Of a stretch of 56,422 nucleotides of DNA, positions 9,695 to 21,605 are shown piece by piece. Positions within the stretch are counted from its first letter, which is position 1. Every line of letters starts with the position of its first letter. Source of the DNA: Thermodesulfovibrio sp. (GTDB lineage Bacteria; Nitrospirota; Thermodesulfovibrionia; UBA6902); contig JALSHG010000074.1 in the NCBI GenBank assembly GCA_026982355.1, positions 1-56,422 of the forward strand. The letters run 5' to 3'. Below the pieces are notes generated by a model, which was given only the letters and a program-made list of their open reading frames with translations, was not told the DNA's origin and searched no databases. Position numbers and translations under genes: made by a program.

Positions 9695-10267
9695 ATGGGG
9701 AAAATCCTGATAATCGATGATGACAAAGACATACAGTCCGTTCTTTCGGATATCATAAGAGCCGAAGGATACGAAACTGTTATTGCCGGCAACGGCAGAA
9801 CAGCGCTCAGGGAAATTGCAAAATCTCCGCCGGACGTGGTCCTGCTGGATATCAGGCTCCCCGGGATGGACGGGATGAAGGTCCTCGAGAAGATCAAAAA
9901 TACGGACAAAAACATGATAGTCATCATGCTTACCGGTTACGGGGACATCAAGGACGCCGTACAATCAATGAAAATGGGGGCCTTCAACTATATCACCAAG
10001 CCGTTTGAAAATGAGGAGATCATACTGAATATCAAGGAAGCCCTGCAGACACGCAATTCCGCCTCCGGAAAGCTCTCCCACAGGGAAAAAGAAGTCCTCA
10101 GATGGCTGAAAAAAGGTAAAACATCCTGGGACATTTCGGTAATTCTCTGCATCACCGAAAGAACCGTGAACTTTCATATCAAAAACATCATGCAGAAGCT
10201 CGATGCAGTAAGCAGGACCCATGCCGTCGTAAAGGCAATCGAGATGGGACTGATCAACGGCACATAG
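9695..10267 (+). CDS. Response regulator: NtrC-like receiver fused to LuxR-type HTH
   Basis: ILIIDDD...LLDIRLPGMDG...MLTGYG...YITKPF, then LSHREKEVLRWLKKGKTSWDISVILCITERTVNFHIKNIMQKL. Confidence 0.9.
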   Translation: MGKILIIDDDKDIQSVLSDIIRAEGYETVIAGNGRTALREIAKSPPDVVLLDIRLPGMDGMKVLEKIKNTDKNMIVIMLTGYGDIKDAVQSMKMGAFNYITKPFENEEIILNIKEALQTRNSASGKLSHREKEVLRWLKKGKTSWDISVILCITERTVNFHIKNIMQKLDAVSRTHAVVKAIEMGLINGT

Positions 10268-10285
10268 GAAAGCCGGACATTCTCG

Positions 10286-10403
10286 GAGCCTCTTGCAAAA
10301 GTGTGAAGTCATTTCGACCGGAGGGAGAAATCTTTTGGTATCGATGATGCACAAGACCTCTCTCTCCGCCGGAGGTGACAGACAGAGGACTTTTCCTGGG
10401 GCC
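10286..10403. mobile_element. Repeat family B MITE-like element, copy 2
   Basis: GAGCCTCTTGCAAAAGTGTGAAGTCATTTCGACCGGAGGGAGAAATCTTTTGGTATCGA...GACAGACAGAGGACTTTT; right end degenerate. Confidence 0.75.
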
Positions 10404-10661
10404 CCTTCAATAATAACCGTTAAACCCTGAACTTTGAGCTCAATCCTTTCCGGCAGAGAGTCCGCCCGTTTATGCATGTCAGGTGTCACGCCCGCCATAG
10501 GATAATCCCCTATATTCACTACAAGAAAACCCCTCTGACAAAAACATGATTTCCCCTCTGTAGAAAAATTTCTTCATCTCGATAAGAAGAGTACATGCAG
10601 CCGGATATTTTCCGGTCTTATCCGGCTGGATAAAAGATTTAAACAGAAAAGAGGCGACAGC

Positions 10662-11873
10662 ATGACAAATAACCGCAAGGTATATGTAAAGATAGTACTG
10701 CTATTCCTGCTGACCGTAATCCCCTCGTTTATAGAAAACAATCTTTTCAGAATTTCCTGTGCCTTCATTATCGGTTCATCTGCCGCCGCGGCCGGTATCG
10801 CACTTATGAAGAGACACGCGAAAGATCTCGAAGACAGGCTCGACACCGACAGAAAGGAATACGTGGCAGGGGTAGAGGCCGTGATAAAGAACATGCACGA
10901 GACCCTCCGGGAAAAATTACAGCTCATTCCCGTATTTGTAAACCAGCTTCAGGAAGTCACGCAACAGACCGAATCAGCCGCCATGGATATCGGTGAGCGT
11001 TTCATGAATATTGTCGAAAGGGCGAGAAATCAGTCCGCGGAGGCATCAAATGCCTTTATAAAGCTTGCCGGAGACGGGGGAAACAACGACGAGACGCTTA
11101 CAAAGTTGAGCAAAAAAGCGCTTTCCGATGTAATAGAGAGCCTGCAGGGCTCTGCGACCGTCACCAATCAGACACTGGGTGACATGGAGGTGATCATCAA
11201 GGCCACGGGCAATGCCAGGACAATGGTTGACGAGATCGGCTACATTGCGGAACAGACAAACCTCCTGGCGCTGAATGCGGCGATAGAGGCGGCCAGGGCC
11301 GGCGAACAGGGCCGCGGGTTTGCCATTGTCGCAGATGAAGTAAGAAAGCTTTCGGACAGGTCGAATACGGCGGCGGATGAGATCAGGAAAATAGTCACGC
11401 GCATCGAGACGGATACAAAAGAAATCTATCTGAAAACCGAAAAGAATGTCTCAAAGACCAACAGCGTCTCCACAGGAGCGGCGGAGGTGGTGGATGACAC
11501 CCTGAAAAAGATAGACGAAACGATCGGCAGGGTGAAAACCCAGCTCGATGATCTCACGAAAGAGTCCGAACTCCTTGCAAAAGACATAAGCGACATAGTC
11601 ATTTCCATGCAGTTTCAGGACATCACGAGACAGCGCATCGAACATGTGATCGAACCGCTGCTTGCGTTCAGGTCCGAGCTTGAAGACATGATAAAAAACA
11701 CAACGGATATGGGCAGAAAGATACGGCAGGGAAAAAGAAATGCTGTAAGCGGCCTGCTTGAGGACATGTATACAATGGAAGCCGAGAGAAGGGTATTCCG
11801 CGAGACAATCGAAAACGGAGCGGCCAATCAAAAAACTGCGGGGGATGAGATATGGCAAAAACAATCCTTATAG
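10662..11873 (+). CDS. Methyl-accepting chemotaxis protein, atypical, with C-terminal QFQDITRQ motif
   Basis: [36 protein letters not shown] signalling hairpin; short N-terminal hydrophobic region. Confidence 0.88.
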   Translation: MTNNRKVYVKIVLLFLLTVIPSFIENNLFRISCAFIIGSSAAAAGIALMKRHAKDLEDRLDTDRKEYVAGVEAVIKNMHETLREKLQLIPVFVNQLQEVTQQTESAAMDIGERFMNIVERARNQSAEASNAFIKLAGDGGNNDETLTKLSKKALSDVIESLQGSATVTNQTLGDMEVIIKATGNARTMVDEIGYIAEQTNLLALNAAIEAARAGEQGRGFAIVADEVRKLSDRSNTAADEIRKIVTRIETDTKEIYLKTEKNVSKTNSVSTGAAEVVDDTLKKIDETIGRVKTQLDDLTKESELLAKDISDIVISMQFQDITRQRIEHVIEPLLAFRSELEDMIKNTTDMGRKIRQGKRNAVSGLLEDMYTMEAERRVFRETIENGAANQKTAGDEIWQKQSL

Positions 11874-12217
11874 TGGATGACTCCGCCTCTATGAGGCAGC
11901 TTGTAACATTTGCATTGAAAGATGCGGGATACGAAGTTATTGCGGCAACCGACGGCAGGGACGCCCTGAACAAATTAAGCGGTGCAAAGGCGGACATGGT
12001 GGTGACCGACCTGAATATGCCCAACATGGACGGCATCGAGCTTATAAAAGAACTGCGCAGATTGCCGGCCCACAAGTTTACGCCCGTCGTCATGCTTACA
12101 ACGGAATCACAGGAGGGCAAAAAACAGGAGGGCAAGGCGGCAGGGGCCAGCGGCTGGATTGTAAAGCCCTTCACGCCTGAAAAACTCATGGAAGTAATAA
12201 AAAAGTTTATGCGATAA
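11852..12217 (+). CDS. cheY: Chemotaxis response regulator CheY
   Basis: Single receiver domain [11 protein letters not shown]...[10 protein letters not shown]...MLTTES...GWIVKPF, in che operon. Confidence 0.92.
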   Translation: MAKTILIVDDSASMRQLVTFALKDAGYEVIAATDGRDALNKLSGAKADMVVTDLNMPNMDGIELIKELRRLPAHKFTPVVMLTTESQEGKKQEGKAAGASGWIVKPFTPEKLMEVIKKFMR

Positions 12218-12290
12218 ACCTTGATGTTGCATAAACAGGCAGAGGAGTCCGCCGGAAAACCCGCGGGCGGTATTTTTATGCCACTGTAAG
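12215..12290. mobile_element. Repeat family A copy
   Basis: TAAACCTTGATGTTGCATAAACAGGCAG ... GGTATTTTTATGCCACTGTAAG; starts at the cheY stop codon. Confidence 0.7.
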
Positions 12291-12330
12291 CCGAATATGA
12301 GTTATTGAAACGGTAAAACGGAGAGCACAC

Positions 12331-12696
12331 GTGTTTGATTACAAAGCCGACCGGACGGAAGACAAAACAGTCCTGACCGTCAACGGTGAGCTGACAATAC
12401 AGAACGCCGCCGCATTCAGAGACGTACTGCTCGAATACCTGGAGAAAACAGGTCACCTGGTGCTGAACCTCGAAAATGTAACCGAGGTGGACCTGTCCTG
12501 TCTTCAGCTTCTCCGTTCGGCACAAATTACGACAACAGAACTGGACCGGCGTCTTACAATGGACGGCGGTTGTCCGGAATCATTCAGAAAGGCCGCCGCG
12601 GACAGCGGGTATTTGCGTGAGGAGGCCTGTGATCCGTCAGACTGCAACAAAAGCTGTCTTTGGACAGAGGCCGATTATTCCGGTGGAGGCGTATAG
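12331..12696 (+). CDS. STAS domain protein (anti-anti-sigma-like)
   Basis: LTVNGELTIQNAA...LNLENVTEVDLSCLQLL; typical position between cheY and cheA. Confidence 0.85.
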   Translation: MFDYKADRTEDKTVLTVNGELTIQNAAAFRDVLLEYLEKTGHLVLNLENVTEVDLSCLQLLRSAQITTTELDRRLTMDGGCPESFRKAAADSGYLREEACDPSDCNKSCLWTEADYSGGGV

Positions 12697-12704
12697 CAGG
12701 CAAC

Positions 12705-14819
12705 ATGTCAACAGCTGATCAGCACAGAGATGCTTACAGGGAAGAGGCTCTGGAACTTCTTGCAGAGCTCGAGACCTCCCTCCTCGATCTGGAGCAAAGC
12801 CCTGATGACATGGAGCTTATAGGACGTATCTTCCGGGCCCTGCATACGATCAAGGGGTCGGGCTCCATGTTCGGGTTCGAAGACATCGCCGCGTTTACGC
12901 ACGAGGTGGAGACGGTTTTCGACATTGTGCGCAACGGCGGGATGTCCGTCACAAAAGAGCTGATAGACCTCACCCTCTCCGCCGGCGATCATGTCAGGAT
13001 GATGCTCAACGCCCCCGGCTCCGGCAACCTGGCAGACACCGGAAAGGCAGGGGAAATCATAGCATCCCTCCGGAAGCTGTGTCCCGACAAAAAAGTGCCC
13101 GATACCGCACGTGCGGCATCCTCCGGGGATGATCCGGCTTCATTTCACGACGGCAAAACCATAACCTGCAGGATCCGCTTCCGTCCTCCGGGGGATATCT
13201 TCATGAGGGGAATAAATCCACTTCTCATACTGGATGACCTTCGGGCGCTCGGTGAATGCAGGATTATGGCCCAGAAAGAAGGCATCCCCGCACTTAATGA
13301 AATTAACCCCGAGTACTGCTATACATACTGGGATGCCGTCCTGACCACTAATCAGGGCATCACTGCGGTTAAAGAGATTTTTGAGTTTATCGAAGACGGC
13401 AGCGATTTAAGGATCGACATAATAGATATCATTGATGACGCCCCGTCAGACGGCCACAAGAAACTCGGAGATATCCTCGTCGAACGGGGCGATGTAACCC
13501 CGGACGACCTCCGGAAGGTGCTCGGCCGGCAGAAACGGATCGGGGAACTGCTGGTTGACGCCGATCTGGTTGACACCGGAAAGGTTGAATCAGCCCTTAC
13601 CGAACAGCAACATGTCAGGGAAGTGCAGGAAAAACACCGGAGGAACGAAACCGTATCAAGCATCAGGGTGTCGTCTGACAAGCTCGACCGCCTCGTCAAC
13701 CTCGTCGGAGAGCTCGTGACCGTGCAGGCGCGTCTTACCCGGACATCCGCATTGAGGAACGACCCCGAGCTGCTGTCGATCTCCGAGGAGGTCGAACGGC
13801 TGACCGAATATCTCCGCGACAACACCATGAGCGTGCGCATGGTGCCCATCGGAACAATGTTCAACAAATTCAAGCGCCTGGTGCGGGACCTCTCCGCGGA
13901 AACCGGCAAGGAAGTCGAAATGTCAACCGAGGGGGCGGACACGGAACTGGACAAGACCGTGATAGACAAGCTCAATGACCCCCTCGTGCACATGATAAGA
14001 AACAGCATAGACCACGGCATCGAGCCGCCCGAAGCGCGGGAGGCCATGGGAAAACCGCGGACCGGCATGCTCCACCTGTCGGCGAGGCATTCAGGCGCAA
14101 ATGTCCTGATAGAGATAACGGACGACGGGGCCGGCCTTGACCCGGAGGCAATACTTGCAAGGGCAACGGAAAAAGGTCTGGTGGAGCCCGACGCTGAACT
14201 TTCCGAAGAGGAGACCTTTGCGCTTATCTTTGAGCCCGGCTTTTCCACGGCCCGCAAGATAACCGGCCTGTCCGGCCGGGGTGTCGGCATGGACGTGGTG
14301 AAACGCAGTATCGAGGCGCTGAGGGGATCGATAGAAATAAGCAGCCGGAAGAATACAGGCACAACAATGACACTGAAAATTCCGCTCACCCTTGCAATCA
14401 TAGACGGCCTTCTGGTCAAGATCGCCGAGGAGGTTTTCGTGATCCCATTGTCGATTATAGAAGAATGCGTGGAACTGAACCGCAACGGCGCGGGAAACGG
14501 CAACGGCAGGCGCATATCGAATGTGAGGGGCGAGATAGTTCCCTATATAAGCCTGCGGGAGCGTTTCATGATAAGCGGCGACAAACCCCTGATCGAACAG
14601 ATCGTGATAACCAGGATAGAAGGCCGCCGCGTCGGCCTTGTGGTTGACCACGTGATAGGCGAGCATCAGACAGTGATCAAGACCCTGGGCAGGATTTACA
14701 GGGATGTGGAAGGAGTCTCGGGCGCGACCATCCTGGGCGACGGGAGGGTGGCCCTTATCCTGGATGTTCCGAGGCTCGTGCAAAACGTGGAAAGAGAGGC
14801 GGCCTTTGCAGGGGAATAG
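12705..14819 (+). CDS. cheA: Chemotaxis histidine kinase CheA with tandem MshEN-like motifs
   Basis: Hpt IFRALHTIKG, SIRVSSDKLDRLVNLVGELV, HMIRNSIDHGIE, GFSTA...SGRGVGMDVV, CheW-like P5 (GATILGDG). ATG at 12705. Confidence 0.95.
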   Translation: MSTADQHRDAYREEALELLAELETSLLDLEQSPDDMELIGRIFRALHTIKGSGSMFGFEDIAAFTHEVETVFDIVRNGGMSVTKELIDLTLSAGDHVRMMLNAPGSGNLADTGKAGEIIASLRKLCPDKKVPDTARAASSGDDPASFHDGKTITCRIRFRPPGDIFMRGINPLLILDDLRALGECRIMAQKEGIPALNEINPEYCYTYWDAVLTTNQGITAVKEIFEFIEDGSDLRIDIIDIIDDAPSDGHKKLGDILVERGDVTPDDLRKVLGRQKRIGELLVDADLVDTGKVESALTEQQHVREVQEKHRRNETVSSIRVSSDKLDRLVNLVGELVTVQARLTRTSALRNDPELLSISEEVERLTEYLRDNTMSVRMVPIGTMFNKFKRLVRDLSAETGKEVEMSTEGADTELDKTVIDKLNDPLVHMIRNSIDHGIEPPEAREAMGKPRTGMLHLSARHSGANVLIEITDDGAGLDPEAILARATEKGLVEPDAELSEEETFALIFEPGFSTARKITGLSGRGVGMDVVKRSIEALRGSIEISSRKNTGTTMTLKIPLTLAIIDGLLVKIAEEVFVIPLSIIEECVELNRNGAGNGNGRRISNVRGEIVPYISLRERFMISGDKPLIEQIVITRIEGRRVGLVVDHVIGEHQTVIKTLGRIYRDVEGVSGATILGDGRVALILDVPRLVQNVEREAAFAGE

Positions 14820-14923
14820 TAATGTATGGCCCGTCCCTCCCCCGCGGCTGCTCTCTTCCGGGTCGACCACGGGACAACCACCGTGTTTTTCAGGAAAGGG
14901 ACACTATCGAATTATGCGAGACA

Positions 14924-14994
14924 TAACCTTACTGTTGCATAAACCGGCGGATTCCCCTGCCCCTCCGGCGGTACTTTATGCCAATGCAAGAATA
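14924..14994. mobile_element. Repeat family A copy
   Basis: TAACCTTACTGTTGCATAAACCGGCGG ... GGTACTTTATGCCAATGCAAGAATA. Confidence 0.65.
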
Positions 14995-15020
14995 AAACTC
15001 AGGAGAGGAGGACAAAAATT

Positions 15021-17234
15021 ATGAGATGGAAGGATCTCAAAATCGGGAAAAAACTGGCGGTAGGCTTCGGAAGCATGCTTGTACTGATAACGATATCGAG
15101 TTTCGTGGGCTTCAACGGTATCCGGAAAGTAGGCCATGATCTTTTTATTGTTGGGCAGAAAGACGCCCCGGTGGTGGAAGTGGCCAGCCGCATGAAAATG
15201 GCGCTCATGATGGCAAAGGACGCAATGGAGAAATTCAAGAGCGCCACTGCCGCGATCGCCACCGACAACAAAAAGATGCTTGACGGCATAGATAAGAACT
15301 ACAATCAGTCCGTGGCCGACTTTGACCGTTTATCAGATGCCGTTCTGGAAGGCGCCAGGCTTGAGGACGGGACAACCGTCATAAAGACAGACAATAAGAA
15401 ACTTGCGGACCTTGTACGCCGGGCGGACGAGATGCACAACAAAAAATTCCAGGTCGCCGCAAGGGCACTGATGCAGACAGGCAGGGAATTACTGAACGAA
15501 AAGGCGAAAACCGACAGGGCCATGGCCGAAACCGAGGCAATCTATAACGAAGTATACAGTGACGCAGGCGCCGTGGAAGAGATGATATCCGCTGAAATTG
15601 ACAGAAGAGCTGAAAAAGCCACTATCGGCAGCAGGGCAAGGGCGATCCTGCGCGAAGAAATCCCCCTCGCCGATCTGGCGAACGAACTGAAGATAATAAT
15701 GGCCCAGAGCCGTATAGCGCTTGAAGAGTATGTTCAGGAACGTGATTTCAAGGAACTGGACAGGATAGAAAAAAAACACGCGGAGCGGGAATCCCAATTT
15801 CACGAGAATATCTCGGCGATCCTCAACGGCGGGGTCATAGGCGGCAGGACCATCATTGCGACTGACAACAAGGGTATCCGGGACGCCGTCACGGAACTGG
15901 CGAAAAACTACGATGATTACAAAGAGAAGGCAAGACTCCTCATGGCGGCTCATCGCGCGACCATTGAGAAGGCATTGGAAAGCAAAAAAGATATGGAAGA
16001 GCTGGACAGGCTCGGGGAAGAGGCGCACATCCTGCTGACAAAGGTACAGGAGGTTGCCGGCGAGGAAATGGATGAAGCCATAAAAGACGGCAACGCCACC
16101 AAGAAGAGCGCCGCCGCCATGCTCGTGGGCGTGGCGTCCTTCTCCATACTGATAGGCGTGCTTCTGGGGATAGTCATCACAAGGGGAATCACCGGACCCC
16201 TCTCAAGGGGGGTGAAGTTTGCGACAGACATTGCCGAAGGCGACCTCACGGCTCGTATGGATATAGATCAGAAGGACGAGGTCGGCATCCTGTCCGGGGT
16301 ACTGGGGAACATGGCGGCAAAACTTCGTGAAATCGTGGGAGATGTAAAGGCGGCGTCGGACAACGTGGCGTCGGGCAGCCAGCAGTTAAGCGCCAGTTCG
16401 CAGCAGATGTCGCAGGGGGCGACGGAGCAGGCCGCCTCGGTTGAGGAGGCGTCCTCATCAATGGAGCAGATGGCCGCCAACATCAGGCAGAACGCAGACA
16501 ACTCGCAGCAGACCGACAAGATCGCGGGCAAGGCCGCCAGGGACGCGCAGGAAGGCGGCGAGGCGGTTTCACAGGCGGTTGACGCAATGAAAGAGATAGC
16601 GGGGAAAATTTCCATCATCGAAGAGATAGCGAGACAGACGAACCTCCTGGCGCTGAACGCGGCCATTGAGGCTGCAAGGGCCGGCGAGCACGGCAAGGGC
16701 TTTGCGGTGGTCGCCGCGGAGGTCAGAAAGCTTGCGGAACGCAGCCAGGCCGCGGCGGCGGAGATAAGCGACCTGTCGTCTTCCAGCGTGGAGGTCGCCG
16801 AAAGGGCCGGTGAAATGCTGAAAAAGATCGTGCCAGACATACAGAAGACCGCGGAACTGGTGCAGGAGATAAACGCGGCATGCAATGAACAGAACTCGGG
16901 GGCGGAACAGATAAACAAGGCCATTCAGCAACTGGACCAGGTCATCCAGCAGAACGCGGGGGCATCAGAGGAAATGGCCTCGACCGCGGAGGAACTCGCC
17001 TCACAGGCCGAGCAGTTGCAGAACGCCATCGGTTTCTTCAAAACCGGCGACGACGGCAGGACAGTGAAAAGACACGAAACATTAAAAAGCAGAAACCTGC
17101 CCCCGCAGACACCAGTCAAAACAAAAACGGCACACATCGTGCGCCAGGAGAAAACAGAGGCGCCAAAGTCCACCGGTATCGTCCTGGACATGGACGCCAA
17201 CGATGATGCGGACGAGGACTTTGAAAAATATTAA
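15021..17234 (+). CDS. Methyl-accepting chemotaxis protein with large periplasmic domain, HAMP and C-terminal pentapeptide DFEKY
   Basis: Two TM segments, [49 protein letters not shown]-like tail. Confidence 0.93.
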   Translation: MRWKDLKIGKKLAVGFGSMLVLITISSFVGFNGIRKVGHDLFIVGQKDAPVVEVASRMKMALMMAKDAMEKFKSATAAIATDNKKMLDGIDKNYNQSVADFDRLSDAVLEGARLEDGTTVIKTDNKKLADLVRRADEMHNKKFQVAARALMQTGRELLNEKAKTDRAMAETEAIYNEVYSDAGAVEEMISAEIDRRAEKATIGSRARAILREEIPLADLANELKIIMAQSRIALEEYVQERDFKELDRIEKKHAERESQFHENISAILNGGVIGGRTIIATDNKGIRDAVTELAKNYDDYKEKARLLMAAHRATIEKALESKKDMEELDRLGEEAHILLTKVQEVAGEEMDEAIKDGNATKKSAAAMLVGVASFSILIGVLLGIVITRGITGPLSRGVKFATDIAEGDLTARMDIDQKDEVGILSGVLGNMAAKLREIVGDVKAASDNVASGSQQLSASSQQMSQGATEQAASVEEASSSMEQMAANIRQNADNSQQTDKIAGKAARDAQEGGEAVSQAVDAMKEIAGKISIIEEIARQTNLLALNAAIEAARAGEHGKGFAVVAAEVRKLAERSQAAAAEISDLSSSSVEVAERAGEMLKKIVPDIQKTAELVQEINAACNEQNSGAEQINKAIQQLDQVIQQNAGASEEMASTAEELASQAEQLQNAIGFFKTGDDGRTVKRHETLKSRNLPPQTPVKTKTAHIVRQEKTEAPKSTGIVLDMDANDDADEDFEKY

Positions 17235-17245
17235 AGAAACATCGC
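16329..17245 (+). repeat. ~917-bp direct repeat, copy 1 (MCP signalling domain plus 11 bp past the stop)
   Basis: Appears identical to 18655-19571 (offset 2326); identical translations in several frames. Confidence 0.85.
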
Positions 17246-17249
17246 TGCA

Positions 17250-17302
17250 GGTTGCGGGGCCGCGGATTGCGGCCTGCGTGGTTTTCCCGCGGCCCCGCAA
17301 CC
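17250..17302. other. Perfect 16-bp inverted repeat between MCP and cheW
   Basis: GGTTGCGGGGCCGCGG (17250-17265) / CCGCGGCCCCGCAACC (17287-17302). Confidence 0.6.
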
Positions 17303-17326
17303 CGCGGCCGGGAAGGAGACTGACAA

Positions 17327-17890
17327 ATGAGTGTATCAGGAATAACAGAGGCGACACAGCACCTGACATTCAAGCTTGATGATGAAATATTCGCACTGGA
17401 TATTTCAAAGGTGAGGGAGGTGCTGGAATTCACGACCGTGACAAAGGTGCCGCAGACACCGGATTTCATGTGCGGGGTCATCAATCTCAGGGGAGGGGTC
17501 GTGCCGGTGGTCGATCTCAGGTTGAAGTTCGGCATGCCCGAGGCCGAGAAGACGGTGAACACCTGCATTATTATTGTCGAGGTGTCCCTGGACGGAGAAA
17601 CCACAGTGCTCGGCGCGCTGGCTGATTCGGTGCAGGAAGTGTTCGAGCTCGAGCCCGACCAGATAGAGCCGGCGCCCAAGATCGGGACAAGACTGAAGAC
17701 CGATTTCATCAAGGGCATGGGAAAGCGCGACGACCAGTTCATCATGATCCTCGATATAGACAAGGTGTTCTCAACGGATGAGCTCGCAATCGTCCAGGAT
17801 GCTGGCAATTGCACGTCCCCCGGCGATAAAACAGAAGACAAACCGCAAGATAACGATGAACCGGCAGAAGGAGGAACATCATGTTCTTGA
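17327..17890 (+). CDS. cheW: Chemotaxis coupling protein CheW
   Basis: [20 protein letters not shown]...[27 protein letters not shown]. Confidence 0.94.
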   Translation: MSVSGITEATQHLTFKLDDEIFALDISKVREVLEFTTVTKVPQTPDFMCGVINLRGGVVPVVDLRLKFGMPEAEKTVNTCIIIVEVSLDGETTVLGALADSVQEVFELEPDQIEPAPKIGTRLKTDFIKGMGKRDDQFIMILDIDKVFSTDELAIVQDAGNCTSPGDKTEDKPQDNDEPAEGGTSCS

Positions 17891-19560
17891 ACAATATCAA
17901 GATCGGGACAAAACTGGGAATGGGCTTCGGCATTGTTCTCCTGCTCTTTATAACAGCCATAGTCACCACCAACATGTACCTCAATGTAGTGGTCGCCAAT
18001 TCAAAGAAAGTCGAGAGTGAAAGCATCCCCTATTCACTGCTTGCTGACAGGATGGTGCTGGATACGGTACAAGTGCAGCAGTGGTTGACGGATGTCTCCG
18101 CGACGCACAACCCGGACGGGTACAGGGATGCTGAAGAAGCAGCCGCTGACTTCAGGGCGGGGCTGGAAAAGTTCAAAGAGATGTTCAGGAGAGAAAACGA
18201 CACGGATTCCCTCCGGCAGATGGAAGAAATAGAAACCGCCTTCGTCCGGTTTTATGAGACCGGAAAAAAGATGGCAAATGCCTATGTAACTCAGGGGCTG
18301 GAAGCCGGCAACAGGATGATGGAAGAATTCGACGATGCCGGCTCAGACCTGTCGGCGAGAGTGAGTGAATTGCAGAAGGCACAGAGCAAGGAAGCGGAAA
18401 CAATGATGCATCACATACTGAAGTCTGTTGCCAAGGTCGAGAGGATACTGATGATGATGGGCGGAATTACCGTCATACTGAGCATACTGACGGCCTTCAT
18501 CATTACCCGGAGCATAACCCGTCCCATGAATGAGGCGGTTGCCGCAACAAAGAAGTTGTCCGGAGGAGACCTCACCGCCCGCGTTGAGGTGAAAAGCAGG
18601 GATGAAACCGGGCAACTGCTTGCCGCCCTGAACACCATGTCGGGAAACCTGAAAGAAATCGTGGGAGATGTAAAGGCGGCGTCGGACAACGTGGCGTCGG
18701 GCAGCCAGCAGTTAAGCGCCAGTTCGCAGCAGATGTCGCAGGGGGCGACGGAGCAGGCCGCCTCGGTTGAGGAGGCGTCCTCATCAATGGAGCAGATGGC
18801 CGCCAACATCAGGCAGAACGCAGACAACTCGCAGCAGACCGACAAGATCGCGGGCAAGGCCGCCAGGGACGCGCAGGAAGGCGGCGAGGCGGTTTCACAG
18901 GCGGTTGACGCAATGAAAGAGATAGCGGGGAAAATTTCCATCATCGAAGAGATAGCGAGACAGACGAACCTCCTGGCGCTGAACGCGGCCATTGAGGCTG
19001 CAAGGGCCGGCGAGCACGGCAAGGGCTTTGCGGTGGTCGCCGCGGAGGTCAGAAAGCTTGCGGAACGCAGCCAGGCCGCGGCGGCGGAGATAAGCGACCT
19101 GTCGTCTTCCAGCGTGGAGGTCGCCGAAAGGGCCGGTGAAATGCTGAAAAAGATCGTGCCAGACATACAGAAGACCGCGGAACTGGTGCAGGAGATAAAC
19201 GCGGCATGCAATGAACAGAACTCGGGGGCGGAACAGATAAACAAGGCCATTCAGCAACTGGACCAGGTCATCCAGCAGAACGCGGGGGCATCAGAGGAAA
19301 TGGCCTCGACCGCGGAGGAACTCGCCTCACAGGCCGAGCAGTTGCAGAACGCCATCGGTTTCTTCAAAACCGGCGACGACGGCAGGACAGTGAAAAGACA
19401 CGAAACATTAAAAAGCAGAAACCTGCCCCCGCAGACACCAGTCAAAACAAAAACGGCACACATCGTGCGCCAGGAGAAAACAGAGGCGCCAAAGTCCACC
19501 GGTATCGTCCTGGACATGGACGCCAACGATGATGCGGACGAGGACTTTGAAAAATATTAA
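17881..19560 (+). CDS. Methyl-accepting chemotaxis protein (4HB-type sensor, HAMP, DFEKY tail)
   Basis: Two TMs, periplasmic [16 protein letters not shown], signalling domain identical to that of 15021-17234. Confidence 0.93.
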   Translation: MFLNNIKIGTKLGMGFGIVLLLFITAIVTTNMYLNVVVANSKKVESESIPYSLLADRMVLDTVQVQQWLTDVSATHNPDGYRDAEEAAADFRAGLEKFKEMFRRENDTDSLRQMEEIETAFVRFYETGKKMANAYVTQGLEAGNRMMEEFDDAGSDLSARVSELQKAQSKEAETMMHHILKSVAKVERILMMMGGITVILSILTAFIITRSITRPMNEAVAATKKLSGGDLTARVEVKSRDETGQLLAALNTMSGNLKEIVGDVKAASDNVASGSQQLSASSQQMSQGATEQAASVEEASSSMEQMAANIRQNADNSQQTDKIAGKAARDAQEGGEAVSQAVDAMKEIAGKISIIEEIARQTNLLALNAAIEAARAGEHGKGFAVVAAEVRKLAERSQAAAAEISDLSSSSVEVAERAGEMLKKIVPDIQKTAELVQEINAACNEQNSGAEQINKAIQQLDQVIQQNAGASEEMASTAEELASQAEQLQNAIGFFKTGDDGRTVKRHETLKSRNLPPQTPVKTKTAHIVRQEKTEAPKSTGIVLDMDANDDADEDFEKY

Positions 19561-19571
19561 AGAAACATCGC
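18655..19571 (+). repeat. ~917-bp direct repeat, copy 2
   Basis: Appears identical to 16329-17245. Confidence 0.85.
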
Positions 19572-19602
19572 AGACTGCGGGATCACCGACAGGAATTGGA
19601 CG

Positions 19603-21560
<1,958 letters not shown>

Positions 21561-21605
21561 ACCGCCGGGTGGGGGGTGCCGGCCCGTGGAGGATTTCCGG
21601 ATAAA

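Noticed and set aside
10555-10590. Possible sigma28 promoter before the che operon (CTCGATAA)
   Set aside because: The -10 match is partial and the -35 spacing does not fit.
13352-14515. Long antisense ORFs opposite cheA (also opposite the kinases, MCPs and dnaK)
   Set aside because: Shadow ORFs expected from codon bias in GC-rich genes.
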